From Candidatus Sungiibacteriota bacterium (GTDB taxonomy: Bacteria > Patescibacteriota > Minisyncoccia > Sungbacterales > JACQCQ01), in the NCBI GenBank assembly GCA_016181565.1, contig JACOZA010000081.1:1-34338 (forward strand): a DNA stretch of 34,338 nt. Reading direction: 5' to 3'. The notes below the pieces were generated by a model that searched no databases, was not told the DNA's origin, and was given only the letters and a program-made list of their open reading frames with translations. Shown piece by piece: positions 1-9,560 of the stretch (the first letter of the stretch is position 1; every line of letters starts with the position of its first letter). A program made the position numbers and the translations under genes.

Positions 1-1
1 C

Positions 2-3000
2 GACCGCATTGCTTTTTGGCTTGATTTCAAAAATGCCTACATCACCTACGAGCGTTCCTACATGGAGACGCTGTGGTGGATTATCGCCGAATGGTGGAAG
101 AAAAATTTGGTCTATCAGGATTTCAAGGTGCGGTCGTGGTGCACGAGGTGCGGCACCGGACTTTCATCGCATGAGGTGGCGCTCGGATATAAATCGGTGG
201 TTGATACGTCGGTCTATATTCGTTTCCGGTTGAATTCACAGGACCCGCGCTGGAAAAACGTGTCGATCCTTTCCTGGACCACCACGCCCTGGACCCTGCC
301 GGGGAATGTGGCGCTCGCGATTGGCCCCGAGATGCAGTACGTGCGTGTTCCCGATCCAGAAAAAAAAGGAAATTTTCTTGTGGTGGGGCAAGAGAATCTG
401 CCGCTCTTGATGAAACAGGGAGTATTGCCGAAAGATACGCGCGCCAGCACCTCTTTTCCGGGAAAAGAATTAATCGGGCTTTCCTATCATTCGCTTTTTG
501 ACGTTCCGACTCTCGCCAGTGCGGCGAGTTATCAGGTGTACGGAGCGGACTTTGTGAAAGGGAATGAGGGTTCGGGGATTGTGCATACGGCGGTCATGTA
601 TGGGGACGACGATTACCGATTGGGAAAGGCAGTTGGACTTCCCGCGATACATACGGTCACCGAGGCGGGAAAATTCATTCCGACGCTCGGCGGGGGGCTG
701 GGCGGGAAATACGTGAAATCAAAGGAAACCGAGTCGCTCCTCCTGGCGCACCTGCAGCGAACGGGAGCGATTATCCGCGAAGAGGCCTACGAACACGAGT
801 ATCCATTCTGCTGGAGATGCGACACGCCCATCCTTTACTACGCGCGTTCATCGTGGTGGGTGAGGGTGAACGCCGTGCGCCGGGACTTGCTGAAAAATAA
901 TGAAACGATTAATTGGGTGCCGAGCCACTTAAAGCGGGGGAGGTTTGGGGAGTGGCTGAAAGAAGAAAAAGACTGGGCCTTTTCTCGCGAACGCTACTGG
1001 GGAACCACCCTGCCGCTGTGGCGCTGCCAGGCGTGCGGCAACACGATCGCGATTGCGAGCGTGGCAGAGCTTGCCAGCCGCGCCTTAACGTCAGGCAACC
1101 GTTATATTCTGATGCGCCACGGCGAAGCCGAATCAAATGCTAAAGACTTCATAAGTTCCTGGCCCGAGAAAATTGTTTCGAACCTGACGGAACGCGGCCA
1201 AGAGCAAGTGCGGGCGGCAGCGGCGGATTTAAATTTAAAGAAAGAAAAAATTGACCTGATTGCAACATCCGATCTTCCGCGGACGGCCCAAACCGCCGAG
1301 ATCCTCTCCAGGGAGCTGGGCGTTTCGGATGTTCTCGCCGACCCGCGCCTGCGCGAAATTGATGCGGGAGAGATGAATGGCAAGCCAGCCAAGCTTTACC
1401 GCAGTTTATTTAAAACTCCGGGAGAAAAGCTGCATATGGGCGCGCCCGGTGGTGAATCACTCCTGAAAGTGCGCGAGCGCGTGGCGGGATTTTTCCTCGC
1501 CCAGGAACGTGAGTATCGCAACAAAACGATTCTGGTGGTCACCCATGCCGATGTGGCGTGGATGTTCGCCTCGGTTATGCGCGGGCTTTCCGACAAGGAG
1601 ATCGCCAGCGAATGGCAGCACGGCCGCGGGAAATTATTTGGGTTTGGTGAGCGCCGTCTGTATGAAGCGAAGAGCTTCCCCTTAAATGAGCGCGGCGAAG
1701 TTGACCTGCATCGGCCGTATGTGGATGAAATAAAGATTCGCTGTTCCTGCGGCGGAGTGAAAACTCGCGTCCCGGAGGTGGCGGATGTCTGGTTTGATTC
1801 GGGCGCCATGCCCTTTGCCCAGCTTCATTATCCCTTTGAAGGGAAAGCCGAAATCGATAAGAAGAAATTTTTCCCGGCCGATTTTATCACCGAAGCCGTT
1901 GACCAGACGCGCGGCTGGTTTTATACGCTCTTGGCAGTCTCAACGCTCTTGGGCAAAGGCGCGCCGTATAAAAATGTGATTTCCTTGGGCCATGTCTTGG
2001 ATCGGAACGGCCAAAAAATGTCAAAGTCCAAAGGCAACGTAGTGAGTCCTTGGGCCATGATCGAGAAATACGGCGTCGATGCCATCCGTTGGTATTTCTA
2101 TACTGTCAATGCGCCGGGAGACCCGAAGAAGTTTGATGAGCGGGATCTGGCTTCAAAACTCCGCGGGTTTATGGGGACCCTTTGGAACTCGTACCTTCTC
2201 CTGGGTACATACTCGGCGGGTTCTATTTCTCTCTCGCTCCGGTCGCGCGCGCTGATTGATCGCTGGGTGCTCTCGCGTCTTTCTGAAGTGATCGGACGCG
2301 TGACGGAGGCGCTCGAAGCGTACGATGTGACCTCGGCCGCGCGCGTCATCGAATCGTTTGTGATTGACGATTTCTCCAATTGGTACTTGCGCCGGTCTCG
2401 CCGCCGTTTTCAGCGCCCCGAAAAGAAACGCGAAAGAACCGAAGCGGCGCAAACAACCGCTTTTGTGCTCTTGACGCTCGCGGAATTGACCGCGCCCTTT
2501 GCGCCCTTTATCGCGGAGTCAATTTATCAGGGATTGAAAAAACATGTTCCGGCGCTGAAGGAAGAAAGTGTGCATCTCCGGCCTTGGCCAAAGCCGCAGC
2601 GCTCTCTCTATCAAGAGAAATTAACAAAAGATATGGAGCTTATACGGCGGATGGCGGCGGATGCCCTGCGTCAGCGCGCCGAGGCGGGAGTCAAAGTTCG
2701 TCAGCCGCTTGCAAAACTGACGATCGTGAAACAGGAGGGACTGAAAAGAGCAGCGGAGCTTCTGCGGCTGGCTCAAGAAGAAGTGAATGTAAAAGCCATC
2801 ACCTTCGCGCCCAAAGGACCGAAAGGAGTTATCACGATGCTTGATACGATTGTGACCGAGGCGCTGCGGCGCGAGGGTATGGCTCGTGAAATTGTGCGCA
2901 ATGTCCAGGAGTTGCGGCGTGATCTGGATCTTATGCCCCGCCAGCGCGTGACCGTCCAATGTCTCGGCTCAGAGAAGGCCCTGTCTATTCTCAAAGAATG

Positions 3001-3127
3001 GGAGAAATATATTCGGCGCGATGTGAACGCGAAGAGGCTCTGCCTCGGAGGACAAAAAAAGAAATTCCGCATCGAGCGTTCGGTGGAATTCGGACGCGAA
3101 AAACTGTGGATCGGTATTAATCTCTAG
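2..3127 (+). CDS. ileS: Isoleucyl-tRNA synthetase (type-2, Thermus-like architecture), 5' end outside window; contains a nested histidine-phosphatase-like domain
   Basis: The frame is open from nt 2 (DRIAFWLDFKNAYITYERSY precedes the first Met at 62). Motifs present: WCTRCGTGLSSHEV, DWAFSRERYWGTTLPLWRCQACG, DLHRPYVDEIKIRCSCGG, DVWFDSGAMPFAQLHYPFE and the KMSKS loop (GQKMSKSKGN). A long anticodon-binding/C-terminal region follows. Confidence 0.95.
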   Translation, partial: DRIAFWLDFKNAYITYERSYMETLWWIIAEWWKKNLVYQDFKVRSWCTRCGTGLSSHEVALGYKSVVDTSVYIRFRLNSQDPRWKNVSILSWTTTPWTLPGNVALAIGPEMQYVRVPDPEKKGNFLVVGQENLPLLMKQGVLPKDTRASTSFPGKELIGLSYHSLFDVPTLASAASYQVYGADFVKGNEGSGIVHTAVMYGDDDYRLGKAVGLPAIHTVTEAGKFIPTLGGGLGGKYVKSKETESLLLAHLQRTGAIIREEAYEHEYPFCWRCDTPILYYARSSWWVRVNAVRRDLLKNNETINWVPSHLKRGRFGEWLKEEKDWAFSRERYWGTTLPLWRCQACGNTIAIASVAELASRALTSGNRYILMRHGEAESNAKDFISSWPEKIVSNLTERGQEQVRAAAADLNLKKEKIDLIATSDLPRTAQTAEILSRELGVSDVLADPRLREIDAGEMNGKPAKLYRSLFKTPGEKLHMGAPGGESLLKVRERVAGFFLAQEREYRNKTILVVTHADVAWMFASVMRGLSDKEIASEWQHGRGKLFGFGERRLYEAKSFPLNERGEVDLHRPYVDEIKIRCSCGGVKTRVPEVADVWFDSGAMPFAQLHYPFEGKAEIDKKKFFPADFITEAVDQTRGWFYTLLAVSTLLGKGAPYKNVISLGHVLDRNGQKMSKSKGNVVSPWAMIEKYGVDAIRWYFYTVNAPGDPKKFDERDLASKLRGFMGTLWNSYLLLGTYSAGSISLSLRSRALIDRWVLSRLSEVIGRVTEALEAYDVTSAARVIESFVIDDFSNWYLRRSRRRFQRPEKKRERTEAAQTTAFVLLTLAELTAPFAPFIAESIYQGLKKHVPALKEESVHLRPWPKPQRSLYQEKLTKDMELIRRMAADALRQRAEAGVKVRQPLAKLTIVKQEGLKRAAELLRLAQEEVNVKAITFAPKGPKGVITMLDTIVTEALRREGMAREIVRNVQELRRDLDLMPRQRVTVQCLGSEKALSILKEWEKYIRRDVNAKRLCLGGQKKKFRIERSVEFGREKLWIGINL

Positions 3128-3144
3128 ATAAAAAGGCGGCTTAT

Positions 3145-3786
3145 ATGCACCAGTCTCGGGCGTTTGTGCTGGAACGAAGGGAGCGGCGCGAAGCCGACCA
3201 GTTGGTGACGCTTTACACCGAAGAGTTCGGCATTCTAAGAACAATTGCTTCTGGCGTCCGGAAAGCCGGGGCCAAGCTTCGCGGGCACCTCGAACCGCCG
3301 GCAAAAACCGAAGTCACCCTGGTGACCGGGAAACAGAACTACCGCTTGACCGGGGCGATACTGATTGACTCCTTCGCTCGGATTCGCAAGTTCCTCGAAC
3401 GGCGCCGTGCCGCTGAAGCTGCCGCCGCGGTCCTCTTAAGGATTTTCTTTCAAGAAAGAGATCCTCGGATTTGGGGAGCGCTGGAAGAATTTTTTGGAGC
3501 ACTGGATCGAGAATCGCCGCTTCCTGCTAGATTATGCCAGCAAGCGCTTTTTTGGTTTCTGATAAGAGCACTGGCAATTCTCGGTTATCACGCGTCACTT
3601 GATGGGATGTTTAGCAGAATGCCAAGACTCCGGGCGCTCTTTTTAAAGTACGAATCGGAAGATATCAGCCGGGCTCTGGATATTTCACTGCCGCCATCCG
3701 CCTTGCGAGTAATCGGGAGAGCCCTGCAAAAATCTTTTGAAGCCCATACGGGACAACACTTCGCCTTCCTGACCAAAGTTGATTAA
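3145..3786 (+). CDS. recO: DNA repair protein RecO (compact form)
   Basis: The N-terminus resembles the RecO OB-fold (RAFVLERRERREADQLVTLYTEEFGILRTIASGVRKAGAKLRGHLEP...TGKQNYRLTGA). Length is 213 aa and the start is 17 nt after the ileS stop. No C-terminal Zn finger is evident. Confidence 0.7.
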   Translation: MHQSRAFVLERRERREADQLVTLYTEEFGILRTIASGVRKAGAKLRGHLEPPAKTEVTLVTGKQNYRLTGAILIDSFARIRKFLERRRAAEAAAAVLLRIFFQERDPRIWGALEEFFGALDRESPLPARLCQQALFWFLIRALAILGYHASLDGMFSRMPRLRALFLKYESEDISRALDISLPPSALRVIGRALQKSFEAHTGQHFAFLTKVD

Positions 3787-3860
3787 TGAGAAAAAGCTAA
3801 CGGCTGTCTTCATCAGCCTGTCGGTTCTGCTCTCTGGGGCGGGCAGGGTATACTACAACT

Positions 3861-5750
3861 ATGAGCGATTTGGAGGATGTTAAGCGCAAGCTCTATACGC
3901 CCGGAGGCATTCCCGAACCGAAGCCGACGTTCTTGGGCAAGCCCGCGAGTCGAGCGGATGAAGTGCGGCGCGTCTGGGCGGATATAGCCCAAACGAAAGA
4001 AGAACCCCCGCGTATGAAAAAGGCAAGACGTTTTCGTTTTGGTTTGCTGGCGCTCGCACTTTTCATTTTAGGCATGGCGGCAGTCGCCGGTGTTTTTCTT
4101 ATCGGATTTCAACGCGATAACCTTTCTCTTCAAGTCCTGGCGAAAGATCGCGTTGAATCGGGAGAGCGAGTGGTGTATCAAATTTTTTACAAAAATACAG
4201 GCAGCGAAACCTTGAAAGACCTTGAACTCGCTTTCACCTACCCCGCGGGCAGCGTGCCTCTGCGCGAAGAGAAGCGTCAATCCGGGATTTACCGGACGCG
4301 CCTTTCGCTCTCGGATCTTGCTCCCGGAGTTGAGGCCAAGGTTGAACTCGAAGCGCGACTTTTTGGCAGAGAGAACGAGGTAGAGAAGGCTGAAGCGGCA
4401 TTTTTGTATCGTTTGGAATCAAGCTCCTCCCGTTTCAGCATAAAGGCATTCGCTGAAACTACGATTGTTCGCGTCCCGCTGGTGGTCGTGGTATCGGTAC
4501 CCGATGAGGTCATCTCGCGCCAGCAGATTGCGGTTGCGATTGATTACTCCTCGAACGCGCAGGCGCCTTTTGCGGATATGTTTTTCGGAATCCAGTACCC
4601 GGCCGGATTTGAGTTTACCGGCGCCGATCCGGCACCGGCGGCGGGAAATAACATTTGGTCGCTGGGCACGATTGGCCCCGGAGATTCGGGCAGGATTACG
4701 ATCCGCGGCATTGTCAGCGGTCCGCCCGGAGAATCTAAAATATTTTCCTCTCAACTTGGGCTATACAATCAAGAAACTCGGGAGTGGACGCCGTATCAGA
4801 CTGGCTCGAAAAGCGCCAAAATTTCAGTCCCGCTGCTCTCGATTGAGCAGCGCATCAACGAGGCCCGCGATCTTACCGTAAAACCCGGCGACGAGCTTAG
4901 GTTCCGTCTTCATTATAAGAATATCCTGGATACAGCGCTTAAGAATGTTTCGGTGGAGGTGCGGCTGCAGAGCCAAGCACTCGATCTCAAATCTTTGCGA
5001 ATTAGCGAAGGAGTGTTTGACGGCGAACGGAACGTGATTGTGTGGAATGCGGCGTCATTTTCAAAATTTGCTGCGCTTCCGGCCGGGAGCGAAGGTGATC
5101 TCAATTTTTCCGTACGCTTGAAGCCGGCGTCAAGCTTCGATGCTCTGAATACGAAGAATCTGACGATTGAATCCACGGCCAGGATAGCGTCAAGTGATAA
5201 GCCGGTAGGGTTGGCGGGAGCGGAGCTTGCCGCGGAAGACACGATCAGTGCCAAAATCTCTACGCGGCTCGTTCTTTCCTCGCGCCTGCTGTACCAAAGT
5301 CAATATCTTCCGAGCGGCGGCCCCCTGCCGCCGAAAGTCGGCGCAAAGACAAAATACGTCGTGGTTTGGCAGTTGACCAACACTCTCAACGATGTGGCGA
5401 ATGTGGAGATTCGCGCCGCGCTCCTGCCGGGAGTTTCATGGGAGAAACTGTACTCGCCATCGAGCCAGAGTGTTCTTTTCGATGAGAGTTCCGGAACAGT
5501 AACTTGGAGAGTTGGAAATATTATGGCCGGTGCGGGGATTTCACGCGCCTCGCCCATGCTGGCGTTCCAGATCGGTTTCACGCCGGGGATTAATCTGGTG
5601 GGGCAGTCGCCCGCGCTGGTTCGAAATATCGAGGTGAGCGCCATCGATACATTTACTAATGAGCCCCTGCTTATTCGGGGCGAGGAATTAACCACTGAAC
5701 TCCGAAGTGATCCGCTGACTTCCGAAAAAGACTGGAAAATAGTCGAATAA
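3861..5750 (+). CDS. Membrane-anchored hypothetical protein with repeated CARDB/DUF11-like beta-sandwich modules
   Basis: 629-aa ORF with a basic N-terminus and one TM helix (FGLLALALFILGMAAVAGVFLIGF). A similar signature recurs three times: VVYQIFYKNTGSETLKDLEL, LRFRLHYKNILDTALKNVSV and KYVVVWQLTNTLNDVANVEI. Confidence 0.7.
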   Translation: MSDLEDVKRKLYTPGGIPEPKPTFLGKPASRADEVRRVWADIAQTKEEPPRMKKARRFRFGLLALALFILGMAAVAGVFLIGFQRDNLSLQVLAKDRVESGERVVYQIFYKNTGSETLKDLELAFTYPAGSVPLREEKRQSGIYRTRLSLSDLAPGVEAKVELEARLFGRENEVEKAEAAFLYRLESSSSRFSIKAFAETTIVRVPLVVVVSVPDEVISRQQIAVAIDYSSNAQAPFADMFFGIQYPAGFEFTGADPAPAAGNNIWSLGTIGPGDSGRITIRGIVSGPPGESKIFSSQLGLYNQETREWTPYQTGSKSAKISVPLLSIEQRINEARDLTVKPGDELRFRLHYKNILDTALKNVSVEVRLQSQALDLKSLRISEGVFDGERNVIVWNAASFSKFAALPAGSEGDLNFSVRLKPASSFDALNTKNLTIESTARIASSDKPVGLAGAELAAEDTISAKISTRLVLSSRLLYQSQYLPSGGPLPPKVGAKTKYVVVWQLTNTLNDVANVEIRAALLPGVSWEKLYSPSSQSVLFDESSGTVTWRVGNIMAGAGISRASPMLAFQIGFTPGINLVGQSPALVRNIEVSAIDTFTNEPLLIRGEELTTELRSDPLTSEKDWKIVE

Positions 5751-5757
5751 TACCCAT

Positions 5758-7110
5758 ATGTCAACTCACGCGTCGAAGATTTCCATGGAAAAAATTGTTT
5801 CTCTTGCCAAACGGCGGGGATTTATTTTCCCCGGCTCTGAAATTTACGGGGGGCTCTCGGGAACTTGGGATTACGGCCCCCTGGGAGTTGAACTTAAGAA
5901 TAATATCAAGCGCGAATTTTGGCGGACTCTAGTTTATCAAAGGGATGATACAGTCGGCCTCGATGCCGCGGTCTTGATGAACCCCAGAGTCTGGGAAGCG
6001 TCCGGACATACTGAAGCGTTTGCGGATCCATTGATTGAATGCAAAGTTTGCCATGAGAGAATTCGGGCCGACAACCAAGAGGATAAAGAGAGTCATGAAA
6101 AAACGCACAGGACTAGGAAAGAAACGCCGGCTTGGACGGAGCCGCGCCAGTTCAACCTGCTGATGGCAGCGGAGCTAGGATCGGTGGAGGGGAAGAAATC
6201 TTCGGTGTATCTTCGCGGTGAAATTACGCAAGGGGTGCACGTGAATTTCAAAAATGTTCTCGATGCGGCATGGATGAAAATACCCTTCGGCATTGTCCAA
6301 ATCGGGAAAGCCTTCCGCAATGAAATTACTCCGGGGAATTTCACGTTCCGTTCGCGAGAGTTTGAACAAATGGAGCTGCAGTATTATGTGCGGCCGCACG
6401 AGGCAGAATCAATGAGGTGGTTTCTTTACTGGAAAGAGGAGCGGATGGCATGGTACAAGAGGCTCGGCATTCGGGGAGCCAATCTACGGTTTCGTGAGCA
6501 CGCTCCAGACGAGCGGGCGCATTACGCGCGCGCGGCTTGGGATATCGAGTACAATTCGCCCTTTGGGGGATGGAAAGAATGTGAGGGGATACACCACCGC
6601 GGCGAGTGGGATTTGTCGCGCCACAAAGAATTCAGTGGAGTAGACCTTTCTTATTTTGACGAAGAGGCTAAAGAGCGTTTTATCCCTTGGGTGATTGAAA
6701 CGTCCGGCGGCGTTGATCGGGCCCTCCTCTTTTTCCTGATAGATGCCTACCGCGAAGAACCCGACAAAGACGGAGTTCGTACGCTGCTTAAAATTCATCC
6801 CCAGCTGGCGCCCTATAAAGTGGCTGTTTTCCCGCTACTCGCCAATAAACCCGACTTAGTTGACCGAGCGCGAAAAATCTATACGATATTGAAGTCATCG
6901 TTGGTCGCCGCTTGGGACGATATCGGCAATATCGGCAAGCGCTACCGCCGGCAGGATGAAATCGGCACGCCCTTTTGTATCACCGTGGATTTTGAGACGC
7001 TGGAAGACGGAACGGTAACCGTCCGCGATCGCGATACCATGCGGCAGGAGCGGGTGAATGAAAAAGAGTTAATAGAGCATCTGTCGGATAAAATCAAAAC
7101 TGGTTCTTAG
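5758..7110 (+). CDS. glyQS: Glycyl-tRNA synthetase, class II dimeric type
   Basis: IVSLAKRRGFIFPGSEIYGGLSGTWDYGPLG N-terminus; FRNEITPGNFTFRSREFEQMELQYYV; GIHHRGEWDLSRH; C-terminal anticodon-binding block (VAVFPL...RYRRQDEIGTPFCITVD). An alternative start is ATG 5785 (MEKIV...). Confidence 0.93.
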   Translation: MSTHASKISMEKIVSLAKRRGFIFPGSEIYGGLSGTWDYGPLGVELKNNIKREFWRTLVYQRDDTVGLDAAVLMNPRVWEASGHTEAFADPLIECKVCHERIRADNQEDKESHEKTHRTRKETPAWTEPRQFNLLMAAELGSVEGKKSSVYLRGEITQGVHVNFKNVLDAAWMKIPFGIVQIGKAFRNEITPGNFTFRSREFEQMELQYYVRPHEAESMRWFLYWKEERMAWYKRLGIRGANLRFREHAPDERAHYARAAWDIEYNSPFGGWKECEGIHHRGEWDLSRHKEFSGVDLSYFDEEAKERFIPWVIETSGGVDRALLFFLIDAYREEPDKDGVRTLLKIHPQLAPYKVAVFPLLANKPDLVDRARKIYTILKSSLVAAWDDIGNIGKRYRRQDEIGTPFCITVDFETLEDGTVTVRDRDTMRQERVNEKELIEHLSDKIKTGS

Positions 7111-7219
7111 TGAATAGTTGATAGTTCCGGTTATCAGTTGGTAGTTGAGGTTTCGGTTTAAACTGGTAACCAAAACTCGCAGCCCAAGACTAGAACTATC
7201 AACTAACCAACTAAAAATT
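7108..7219. repeat. Intergenic array of 16 heptanucleotide units arranged as an imperfect palindrome
   Basis: Units read TAGTGAA TAGTTGA TAGTTCC GGTTATC AGTTGGT AGTTGAG ... AGAACTA TCAACTA ACCAACT AAAAATT. A perfect 13-bp inverted repeat links TAGTTGATAGTTC (7115-7127) and GAACTATCAACTA (7193-7205). An inner pair links GGTTATCAGTT (7129-7139) and AACTGGTAACC (7161-7171). Confidence 0.8.
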
Positions 7220-7225
7220 GCGATT

Positions 7226-8491
7226 ATGTTTCAAAAAATAATCTTGCCCAACAAACTGCGCCTTATCACCGCCCCCATGAAAGGCACCAATACCGTGACG
7301 ATTCTTGTCATGTGCGCCACGGGCTCCGATCACGAAACCCCAGCGGAAGGCGGCATCTCGCATTTCTTGGAGCATCTGTTTTTTAAAGGCACGGAGCGTC
7401 GCCGCACACCGCAGGTGATTAAACACGAATTGGATTCGATGGGGAGCATCTCCAATGCTTTTACCAGCCACGAATACACGGGATATTTCATTAAGGCGGG
7501 GTACCTTCATTTTGACCGGGCGCTCGATCTGCTGGCTGATATTTACACCAATTCACTCCTGGATCCCAAAGAGATCAATCGCGAGCGGCAGGTAATAGTT
7601 GAAGAGATGCACAAATATCTGGACACGCCCGAGCGCTACATCTGGGATATTTACGAGCGGCTTCTTTACGGCGATCAGCCGGCCGGCCGCGATGTTATCG
7701 GTACGGAAGCGAACATTCGGGGGTTCACTCCCGCACATTTTCGCAAATATTTCAATTCTCAATACACGTCACAAAATACCGTTGTGATTGTAGCCGGGAA
7801 TTTCGATACCTCTCGTACGGTTGGGAAAATCAAGCGTCTCTTCGGTTCGGTTCGTTCATCAAAGCCGCGCGCCAAGGGCTTGTTTAAAGAAAAGCAGGCC
7901 AGGCCCGCGCTGAAACTGCATTTTAAAGAGACTGATCAGTCGCACCTTGTAGCCGGCTTTCGCGGATTTGACGCGCACCACCAGCATCGCTACGCGGCCG
8001 AGATGTTAGGAGTGGTGCTCGGCGGGAGCTGGAGTGCTCGTATGTGGGATGTGGTGCGCGACCGCTTGGGGCTGGCGTACGCCGTGCACACCAGTCACGA
8101 AAATTACTCTAATCGCGGCATGCTGGTTACGTATGCAGGCGTGGCGCATGCTAATGTCGAGAAGGCGCTTCGCGCCATTATGGGGGAGTATCGAAAAGTC
8201 ACCGAGGCTCCAGTGTCACGAAAGGAGCTTGAGCGTGCCAAGGAGCACGTCAAGGGCACCTCCCTGATTGCTCTTGAATCCTCCAATGCGGTGGCGAATT
8301 TCGTCGGTATCGAGGAAGTCGTTACCGGCAAACCCCTGACGATTGATGAAGTTTTTGCTAAGATTGAGGGTGTCACGCCCGCCGATATTCAGGCGGTCGC
8401 AAGAAAACTTTTCCGGCCGGAATTTCTTAACCTTGCGATTATAGGGCCTTTTAAGGAAGAAACTGGATTTTCCAAGCTTCTTAAGCTCTAA
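7226..8491 (+). CDS. M16 family (insulinase/pitrilysin-like) zinc peptidase
   Basis: HxxEH zinc motif (GISHFLEHLFFKGT) with a two-domain M16 layout. I start at ATG 7226 (MFQKIILPNKLRL). The 27 upstream codons of the track ORF lie in the repeat spacer and look non-coding. Confidence 0.88.
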   Translation: MFQKIILPNKLRLITAPMKGTNTVTILVMCATGSDHETPAEGGISHFLEHLFFKGTERRRTPQVIKHELDSMGSISNAFTSHEYTGYFIKAGYLHFDRALDLLADIYTNSLLDPKEINRERQVIVEEMHKYLDTPERYIWDIYERLLYGDQPAGRDVIGTEANIRGFTPAHFRKYFNSQYTSQNTVVIVAGNFDTSRTVGKIKRLFGSVRSSKPRAKGLFKEKQARPALKLHFKETDQSHLVAGFRGFDAHHQHRYAAEMLGVVLGGSWSARMWDVVRDRLGLAYAVHTSHENYSNRGMLVTYAGVAHANVEKALRAIMGEYRKVTEAPVSRKELERAKEHVKGTSLIALESSNAVANFVGIEEVVTGKPLTIDEVFAKIEGVTPADIQAVARKLFRPEFLNLAIIGPFKEETGFSKLLKL

Positions 8492-8525
8492 TAGACTCTA
8501 ATGGAAACCAAGAGAAAAAAGACAT

Positions 8526-9560
8526 ATGGCGAGCGAACGGCAACTGACTGAAATATCAACCTGGACGATTATTCGGGTGTTTGCGGCAGCCCTGGGGATT
8601 TTTTTGGCGTACCACTTGCGCGAAATTCTCGCGGTGCTTTTGTTTGCCATTGTCCTGGCATCAGCCATGGAGCCAACGATCCGCTGGTTTCAGGAGCGTA
8701 AAATACCAAGAATTTTGTCAACGCTTATCATCTTTCTTTCGGCCTTCGGCGTTATTTTTTTGGCGGTTTATTTGCTGATTCCGCTGCTGGCGGCCGACCT
8801 CGAGGGATTTAACTTGAGCTACTCCGTCTTTGAGCGTCAAATTTTAGGCGAACTTGGCTCCATCGGGGGCGTGCCGTTTATCGATTTTATTCGTGAGAAT
8901 GCTCGCGGGATTCTTCTGGAGCCCTCCCAGTATATTTCGAGCATTTCCGGCGGTGTGTTTGCTTTCACCTCGACATTCTTCGGCGGGGTGTTTTCATTTG
9001 TAATTCTGGTGGTAGTTTCTTTTTATCTGGCGGCGCAGGAAAAAGGGATCGAGGGATTCATCCGCTTAGTCACTCCCTTAAAATACGAAAGTTATGCAGT
9101 CGACCTCTGGTTGCGTTCTCAGCGCAAGATGGGGCAGTGGCTTCGGGCACAGTTGCTTTTGGGGGCGCTGATTGGCGCCGTCATTTACGTGGGCCTCACG
9201 CTTTTAGATATAAAATACGCGTTGGTATTCGCGTTTTTGGCCGGGATTTTAGAGCTGGTGCCGGTGGTGGGGCCGATTCTTTCTGCGGCACCGCCCACCT
9301 TGGTTGCGTTTCTTCAGAGCCCGTTTCTGGCGCTCATGGTAATAATCCTTTTTGTGGTGGTGCAGCAGCTGGAGTCGCATGTGGTGGTGCCGGTGATAAT
9401 GCGCCAAACTATCGGTATTCCGCCGATTGTGGTTATCATTGCTCTCTTGGTGGGGGCAAAACTCGCGGGGGTGCTGGGGCTTTTGCTCGCGGTGCCGATT
9501 GCGGCGGTTATAGTCGAGCTGGTAAACGATTTTGATCGCAGGAAGCGCGCGGCAGCATGA
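8526..9560 (+). CDS. AI-2E family transporter (PerM/UPF0118)
   Basis: Polytopic membrane protein with the family-typical C-terminal half (LLGALIGAVIYVGLTLLDIKYALVFAFLAGILELVPVVGPILSAAP...VVQQLESHVVVPVIM). Confidence 0.85.
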   Translation: MASERQLTEISTWTIIRVFAAALGIFLAYHLREILAVLLFAIVLASAMEPTIRWFQERKIPRILSTLIIFLSAFGVIFLAVYLLIPLLAADLEGFNLSYSVFERQILGELGSIGGVPFIDFIRENARGILLEPSQYISSISGGVFAFTSTFFGGVFSFVILVVVSFYLAAQEKGIEGFIRLVTPLKYESYAVDLWLRSQRKMGQWLRAQLLLGALIGAVIYVGLTLLDIKYALVFAFLAGILELVPVVGPILSAAPPTLVAFLQSPFLALMVIILFVVVQQLESHVVVPVIMRQTIGIPPIVVIIALLVGAKLAGVLGLLLAVPIAAVIVELVNDFDRRKRAAA

